Part shown: in pieces, positions 17,724 to 26,700 of the stretch
Numbering within the stretch: the stretch's first letter is position 1
How the letters are laid out: each line of letters starts with the position of its first letter
Assembly: GCA_900319645.1 (NCBI GenBank)
Contig: ONPG01000008.1
Span: 643 to 64,642 of the forward strand
Reading direction: 5' to 3'
Length of the DNA: 64,000 nucleotides
DNA from: an uncultured Bacteroidales bacterium
GTDB lineage: Bacteria > Bacteroidota > Bacteroidia > Bacteroidales > Paludibacteraceae
Notes under the pieces: generated by a model
Databases searched by the model: none
What the model was told of the DNA's origin: nothing
Seen by the model: only the letters and a program-made list of their open reading frames with translations
Position numbers and translations under genes: made by a program

Positions 17724-20700
17724 TTACCAAACCAAAACTCTGCCTACGTACTGTGTACCTACGCTATCCGAGATACGAACTTGGTAGATACCAGTTTGAT
17801 TGAATGCACTTACAGTAACAGCCGAAGCTGCAGGCACTTTCTCATGCTTGATGAGACGTCCAACCATATCGTGTACGTAGATATCTACCATACCGGTGAA
17901 GTTGCCCACTGCTGTTACTTGCTCACCAGCACGGATCACGTTCGGACGGAGAACAACTCCGTTGGTATTGATAGCCTCAATACCTTCCAAAGCATTGACC
18001 ACGAGCGCGTGAATCATCACAGCATCGCAGTGCTGTCCGACTACGAGTACGGTATCCATATAGGTGCCCGGCTCAGTACCCATCGGGTAAGAGATCGGAG
18101 CCTGACCCTCGGCGTACGGATAAGTAGAGTTCTCGTAGGTGAACGGCAGATCATCGGTAGTGATGGTAGTACGCATGTAGATGGTATCCTCAGCGTTGTA
18201 CCAACTCAGGACGAGAGAGATGATACTGTCGCATCCGGCAGTCGAAGGTACGGTGTCTCTATACATACCCGGCTCCGTGTAATTGCCGCCATTCCATGCG
18301 TAGCTGTCGCCTTGGCAAATAGTAGCTTTCTCCGGCTCTCCCGGCAGGATGGATACAACGCTCAACTGGAGTATTGCAATACTATCACATCCCGATACAG
18401 ATTGCAGTGTATCTTTATACTCACCCGGTATGTCGTAAACCTTGCCATTCCAGGTATAGGCATCGCCTGCGCAGATAGACTGCTTCAACGGTTGACCGGT
18501 GATCATATCCGAAACATAGAGTATCAGCGTAGCAATACTATCACAGCCTGCACCGGACAGCAGTGTATCTTTGTATGTGCCGGGCTGCGTGTAGCGCTTG
18601 CCGTTCCATACATATGCACCACCGTGGCAAATAGCTTCCTCAACAGGAGTACCCTCAATCATCGGAGCTATCGTCAGAACGAGAGTTACCACGCTGTCAC
18701 AACCCTGAACAGAGATAAGGGTGTCTTGATAGGTTCCGGCTGCGTCATAGTCTTTGCCGTGCCATCTATAGGTTCCGCCATGGCAAATGGTTTCGCGGAT
18801 AGTAGCACCTATCTTCATTTCCATTACCGTCAGTTCGAGAACGGCAAGACTATCGCAACCACCGAGAGCCTGCAAGGTGTCTTGGTAAACACCGGTTTGG
18901 TTATAAACCTTGCCGTTCCAGGTGAAGGTATTGCCGAAGCAGATTTCCTCTTTCTGCGTCTCACCCATGATGATGTCAGACATCTTCAATGTGAGGGTCA
19001 CGATACTATCGCATCCCGAAACAGACTGGAGCGTATCTTTGTAATCACCCGGTTTGTCATAAACCTTACCATTCCATACCAAGGAACCGCCATGGCAGAT
19101 AGTCTTTTCCTCCTGACCTACGATCTGGTCTTTGACCGTCAGGCTGAGATAAACTATACTGTCGCAGTTATAAATAGATACAAGCGTATCCGTATATAAG
19201 CCGGTGCGGTTGAACTCCTTGCCATGCCATTTATATACTCCGCCATAGCAGATGGTATCGAACTCGGTAGTCTCCATTATCGGTGCAACGAACAGGTTCA
19301 GCGTTACGATACTATCGCAGTGCTCTACCGATTGGAGTTTGCGGCGATAAACACCCGTACGGCTCTTGCCGGAGAAGTTCTCATCCGAATACGTATCACC
19401 TGCGCAAATAGTGTCATAGATGACCGTCTCAGGAGCCTCAAAGATCTTCACATTCAGCGTATAGATACTATCGAGATACCCTTTGGTAGTAGCGTCGAAG
19501 TTATCCGCCATATCAATACGTTTGAATATAGAATCGCCAGCTATAGATTTATCACCATCAATATGGAAGCCAATCTTATCAATATCTTCGTACTGACAAG
19601 CCTGCGCATTTTCTACGATATTATCGTAGTAATTCACACGGATATTATCCAGATGGATTGCGCAAGGATACGGAGATGACAGATAGGTATCTGCCTCACG
19701 ATAGAATGCCACCTTGATATTCTTGCCTGCATACTTAGCAAGATCGAAGCGCACGCTGGTCGGAGCAAACGGAATATCACGGAGCTGGTTACCGGTCGGG
19801 AATGTGTTATTCCAGATACCGATGATATTCTCTTTCTTCCAGGTCTTACCACCATCTTCAGAGATCACGATCATGAAGGTGAAGTCATCCGCCATGTTCG
19901 CGTCTGTAGCCGGAGCAGCAGAAGGCGTGGTAGTACTGGAGCAAGCGGTCAACGCCATATCGAATGTAAGGTGTGCGTTCTTGGTAGAATCCTCCAGACT
20001 AATCGTCGGCGAAATCATCCAATAGTAATCGTAATCCGTCGTAGCAGTCGCGGAGCTGGAGTAGAAGACAGCTGCATAGTGCGCACCCGGGATACCGGCA
20101 TCCGTGGTTACACGGCGCCAGCCGTAGGATGTGCTATTAGCACCCGTGAGTTCTACATCCGTGCTGTCGATTACCGTGAGAGCCGGATTGGTAGCGAAGC
20201 TCCAACCTACTTCGAGATCGGTTGCACCGAAGGTCTCCACGAAGAACGGTTGACGCGCAGTAGTGAAATTAGCGTTCTGCGAGAACTCACTCTCACCGAG
20301 GTCTTCTTCACAAATCGTGCGTACACGCCATACATAATCGGTAAATGCTTTCAATCCATCAACTACAGCCGAGTTGCTATAAACGGTATCGTTGAAGACG
20401 AATGCCGAGTCGTTCGCATAGGTGTAGTCGGTAGATACTTGCAGGATATAGCTTGCTGCGCCTTCCGGAGCCTTCCAGCTGAGTTTAGCAGAGGTAGCTG
20501 CAATCTCATCAGCAGTCAGTTCTTCCGGTGTCTCGCAATGCTGGATAGCGGAGAACGAAACATCATCAATCCATATATAGTCATATGTTGATTTGTTCTC
20601 AGCGCCCTTAGCCCAAAGCGTTGCCATGAAGGCTACATACTTACCTTGAGCACCGGTGAGTGCTACTTTCTTCGGCTGGAAGAGGAAGTCGTTTGCCTCA

Positions 20701-23700
20701 TTGACATAGTCGCTTGTTGAGAGTGTACCATTATAGGTAATTGTATCAATAGGCACGAAGGTCGTAGCATCCATCGGGTCGGTCATTGTACCGACGATGA
20801 CAGACTTCGAGTAGTAGTACTCTTTCGTTGCAGCAGAAGAACCCAAAGTATATTGGGTAGAGATCTTACCCGTCGAAGCAGAAGCATAAGCCGGACGCAT
20901 CCAGAAGTTCACCTGGAGGGTGTCGTATGCTGCGATGTCTTCAATAGCCGGCATAGCAGCATAGGTCTGATATGTTGTACCAGAGGCATATAGACGGAGC
21001 GCGTATGCACCGGAGTGCGAGTAAACACTTGTTCCGTTAGCATAGTTATACTCGTAGGTACTAACAGCACTGGTGCCTGCGTTTTCATACGTCCAGCAGA
21101 GTGTCTGTTTGTACGTATCCGATGTCTGTGCCGGAAGAATTCTCCAGCCATCCGCTAACTCGAAACCGTTCTTGTAATCCGGACCCACAGCAACACACTC
21201 GGTATAGAATGGCTGATATGCAGTAGTCGAAGTATTGATTGTACCATTCGTCTGATACATATACCATTGATAACCGGTGGAGGGTTTGAGTGTATTAACC
21301 GTATAGGTCGTAACACTACCCGGCACTGTATCTTGCAGGATGATACTGTCTCCACCTTGGTTGGTAAGAACTACAACCGACTGGATATTCGGATGTTTAA
21401 CCGTCCAGTTGAAGGTAGCCGAATTATAGGTTACATCCGATGTCGAAGCACCCGAAGGAGCGAAGAGGTTATCACCTACCGCTTTGATTTTCAGGTTATC
21501 TACGAAGAACAAACCATAAGCCGGTTGGAAGAGGACGATATACTTACCAGTTGCACCAGCCAACGGCAACTGCATCTTCTGCCAATAGCGGTTTCCTGTC
21601 GGATCCGAACTTACCAGCGTACTGGTAGTCAACTGGCTCGTTGTATAGGTATAAGTTACCGTATCAATAACCTGAAGCGTTGAGAAGTCATTCGGGTCGG
21701 TCAGTGTACCTACTACAAGCGACTGGCAGTAGCTTGCGCCGAGATAAAGAGTACTGATAATCTTTCCGGCATTGGAAGCAGCCGTCTCATCCTGGTTAGC
21801 CAAGCAGCGTCCCCAGAACTCGATCATCATCGTATCCAGATCACAGTTGAGTTGTGGCAGCACGATATAGGTCTTGACGGTCTCCGAAACATAGGTACTC
21901 GTGGTATAAACACGGAGCGAACCGTAACTATCAGCATAACCAATCTCGCGGTGGTTATAGGTATCAGAAGGATTACCTAAGGTAGAGTAATAGTCGTGCC
22001 CCTTGGATTGCCATAGCCACTGATAACCATTAGAGAACGAACCCGTATAGGTTGTACCTGTAGTGAAGCACTCCGGTTTCAAATAAGCGGTATCCGCAGC
22101 TGCACCGGCGAGGAGGTCGTTCTGAACGACCTCTGTCGGGTCATCGAAATCCCAGAAGAATTCGCCGTTAGCATTAGCCTCCATCGGCAGACACGGAGTG
22201 CGGAACTCTCTGCTGTCACTTACCTTGAATTTCGTATCCGATGGTGCGTTGATAGCAATGAGAACAGCGGTGTAGCCGGTTTGCGGTTGGAGGCCGGTTA
22301 CCTCTTGCGAAGTAGCAGTAAGGTTCTCGTATTTAGCCAAGGTGTCACCATTTTCTTTCAAGATATAGAGATTCCACGGGCCACCCATTTCACTCCAGTT
22401 CACAGTAGCTTTTTTAGCCTCAGCTTGAACATTTTTGATAGATACCAAACCATACCCCTTCGGTGCACCCAATGTTACATCATCGAAGTGGATATAACGT
22501 GTGCTAGAATCACTCGGTTTCGGCAAACGGATAACCATTTGCTTGTTAGCTACCGTAGCGGAGTCGAGATCCAACGAGATTTGAGTCCAGAACCAATCAT
22601 TTGCTTCGGTCAATCCACCTTTCACTTTCGGTATTACCGGGAGGTAAATGGTAGTAAGAACCTGATAGGTCTCAAAGCCTTTGTTCTTGTCAATCGTACC
22701 TACCTCGACATTGCATGCATAGTTGGTACTGATACCGATGGTATCTTTTGTGGAATTGTAACTTCCATAACCGCTACGTACTTTAAACTCGAACGAACGA
22801 TCATGTGCCTCATCCACAGCCGGGAATATAGCATAGCCACCCCAATATGTAGAAGTTGCTTGCCAGCGGAGCACACCGTTCTTCGGGTTATCCTTCGGAC
22901 CATATGCATAGATAGCCGACGAGGTATTTGCCATCTGGTACGGATAGTAAGAGGTGTAGCTGGTAGTAGCCGAACCGCCTTCATAACCAATTCCGATTGC
23001 CGGGTTGATCCAATAGGTAGTAGAGCTCGAACCTTGGCAGAACTCCCATCCTTCGTCTTTCTCGAATCCGAAGTAATATTTATCTTTGAAATAGTACTGC
23101 GTACGAACTTTAGTCGGTTTTGAAGTCCATTCGCTGTTTCCATCCTCACCACCGCAAACAGTGCGAGCGTAAACTTGGTAAACAGTTCCCGGCTCCAAGC
23201 CTTTAATTTCGTAAACAACAGAATCTGCGTCAAAGATCATATTCGTAGTATCCAGATAAGCTTCTGCGTCGAATTTATCTGCTGTATAAATCGAATCAAC
23301 TACGTAAGCCAATTGCCATTTCTTGTTTTCTTCCTTAGCAGGAGTAATCACAATCTCAGCAGAATACATAGACGAGTTACCAGCTTCCAGGGTCGGTGCG
23401 AAACATGAAGGCGGCATACCAAGACGAACATTATCCAAGTACATATCGCTTGCCATTTCCAATTCCTCAGCCAGACCGGACGAGAATGCGATACGGCTAT
23501 GTACCAGGTTATAATCCGCCAAAATCAGATCTTTATGGAAGAACACATTACCATTATCCATATAGAGTGTATCGAACGGAGCAAAACCTGCTGCTGAATC
23601 GAGCACATCATCCATTGTACCGATGTAAAGTACAGATTTACCGGTAGTACTATATGAACGAGCGTCAAAACTCAACATATAGTCAGACAAATTACCTTGT

Positions 23701-26700
23701 ACTTTAGGCATAATAGCTACGCTACGGTGCGAAGTAGAAGAAGACCACAACTCCAATTGCTTACCATCTACAGCACCGGAGGTCGGATTCATGACTTGCG
23801 GATAGGTCTTGGTAGCAGTTGCATAGTCTTCGAATTGCCAGCAATCCACAACTTTTGCGTTCGTTGCATATGCTTCAAAGTTCTGTTTGTACGGCACTTT
23901 GAAACCATCCTCCGGGCAGAGGGTTGTGAAGAATGCATACGCCATCGAAATATCGCTGCTATCGCCACCATCACACATTGCCTGTGCATATACATAGTAT
24001 TGTTGTGCAGGCTCAAGACCGGTGATCAGGACAGAATCGGTCTTCGTCACAATAGAGTCAACTAACCATTGATAGTTAGCCTTAGCAGTATCTGCAACGA
24101 TTTTGTCTGCAAGCATCATGCGATAGCTATTACTATATTGCTTCCAACTGATCATACCAGCACGATCAGAAACGCTATCTACCTTAAATTCCGTAACAGG
24201 ACGACAAGTCGGGATCGGCGTTACAGAGATAGAAGCGATGAATGAATAGTTATAGATTACAGAACCGGAGCACTCATTGGTAAACATAATATATCTACCC
24301 ATGTTTTGCTGGTAGTCACCTTGATAGTCTTCGAGCGAAATAGAGTACGGAGCATAAGCGGTGTGACTCAATGTCACTGTATCGATTACGACGAAAGTAT
24401 TCAGGTCACTCGGATCTGTTACCACACCGACGATCAATTGGTCGCCATACGAAGCCGTACTATATGCGCGAGCATAGAAGTTCACTTGGTACTTGCTAAT
24501 ATCCTGTACATCCAACTCCGGCATAATAGCATACGCGCCATTATACTTGGTAGAAGTAGAGGATGTCGGACTATACGAATATACACAGAGCACACTATCT
24601 TTGTTATGCAAATAGGTACTAGAGGTATATACGTACGGGATATAGGAAGTAGTAAGCGAAGCGTTTCCAGACTTGTTGCCCACGGTCCAGCAAGGCAAAT
24701 AACGGGTAGCAGACGAACCGGATACATAACCATCGTTTTTGGAGAAAGTGATGGTACCGAGTGCTTCCGGAGTAACAGCCTTACACGGTGTCTTGAATGA
24801 GAATTCAGACCATTGCGAAATGCCATCCTCGCAAAGTGTAGCTACAGCCACATAGTAATCCGTTTGCTCTTTCAAACCGGTAACCACTTTGTTGCGCACG
24901 TCAATCGTATCATAATAAATGATATGCGAAGCTGCAGCAGAATCCTTAGCCAGTGAATCCACATTGATCAATGCCAATTGGTCAGCAGTAAACGCAGCAG
25001 TGTCCGAAACGAGCAACAACCACTCGTTATCCCCACGGATACCGGCACTGATACGAACTTGCTCCGAGGTCAAACCGGAATAACTCGGTTTCGGCAGCGG
25101 GCAATTGAGCTTAATAATAGACACATCATCCAGATAAATCGTCGGAGCTGCATTGTAAGCAGTACGCCATGCAAAGTACTTAGCCCCTGCAGGAATCGTA
25201 TCCGCATACTCGCTCAGATCCATCGTCATAGTAACAATGCTACCGGCACACTTGATCGAATCCAGCACAACGAAAGTACTGAGATCTTCAGGGTCGGTCA
25301 TCACACCCGGCAGGATGTAATAGGAAGACGAGCCGTAGTACGAGAAGGTTACCGCCAGTTCCGTCAACGAGTTGCAATCAATTTCCGGAGCAGCGACCCA
25401 AGTAGGACTATTGGCAGCAGTCGGATTGAGACGATAGCAGTTTGTACCCGAAGAAGCATAAGAGGTGGTCTTGTAGATATACGGGATATAGGTTGTAGCA
25501 GCCGATGGGTTACCATTTCCTACAGTCCAGCACGGAGCCTGATAATCTACATTATACGATGTACCGCTCGGATAATTCTCGAAGGTCTCTTTGTTCGGTT
25601 TATTCGGATCCAGTTTAACACATCCAGTACGGAAACTTGCAGTTGACCAAATAGTATCGCAAGACGGCTGTACATAGAAGGTGTACAGTTTGACGGGTTC
25701 CAGACCAGTAGCCTGATAAGCTTTACCAATAACGGTATCCAGAGCAATGAAGTTGGTATCTTGCATTACCTTAACAATCCACTGATCGTTGGTAGCTTTA
25801 CCATCCCACTTGATACTAATGCTATTTACTTGAATATCGGTAGCCTCGAAATTCCAAGCCTCGATACAGTTGTTCGGCTTAATCGATACATTATCAATAT
25901 AAATATCACTATTCATTTCCAGATTTTCTCCCAAACCGGATGTAAAAGCAATATTATTGTATGCTAATGTATAATTAGACAAATCCAAACGCACTTGGGT
26001 AAACGTATTACCGCCATCCATATAGATTGTGTCGATTGCTACGAATGAGGTCCAGTCATTGATATCGCCCATCGAACCTACATAAACTACGGATTTGGTA
26101 GCAGTTCCATAAGAACGTGCGTCGAAAGAAAGAACCACCTGAGAATAATCTACAGCCAGACCCGGCAACATAGCCACATTACGATGCGTAGTAGAAGTGG
26201 ACCACAACTCGAGCATGTTACCATCCTGAGCACCGGAAGAGGGTTTCAAGATCTTCGGATAGCCGGTACCTGTTCCGTAGTCAGCCACTTGCCAGCAAGC
26301 AAAACCGTCTTCATAGGCTCCGGTTGAATAACTTTCAAAGTTCTCGGAGAACGGAATCGGGAAGTCGGTCGGACAAGGGGTTTTGAAAGATGATTGAACC
26401 CACCAAGTTACTTCCTCACCACATAACGTGCGTACGTATATATAATAAGGAGTATTGTAATCCAAACTATCGAATCCGAAAGTCGGATTGGTTTGGGCAT
26501 CCTCCCAACTCAGGGTATCAGCGAAGAGAATATTCTCATTTGCTGCAATAATCTCGAAACTATCTTGGAGTTGTTTCTCGGTGAGTTGTTTCGTTGCCAA
26601 AATAAACTCCCAAGCAGTAGCAATGGATTTATCCCAACTAATGGTAACACTATCGGATGTAGCATCCATGATGATATTTACCGGCGGAAGACATTTACTC

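Noticed and set aside
17718-19199. 493-aa plus-strand ORF with a visibly periodic translation
   Set aside because: The periodicity is the mirror image of the two-Cys repeat array of the giant gene on the other strand. It is not an independent gene.
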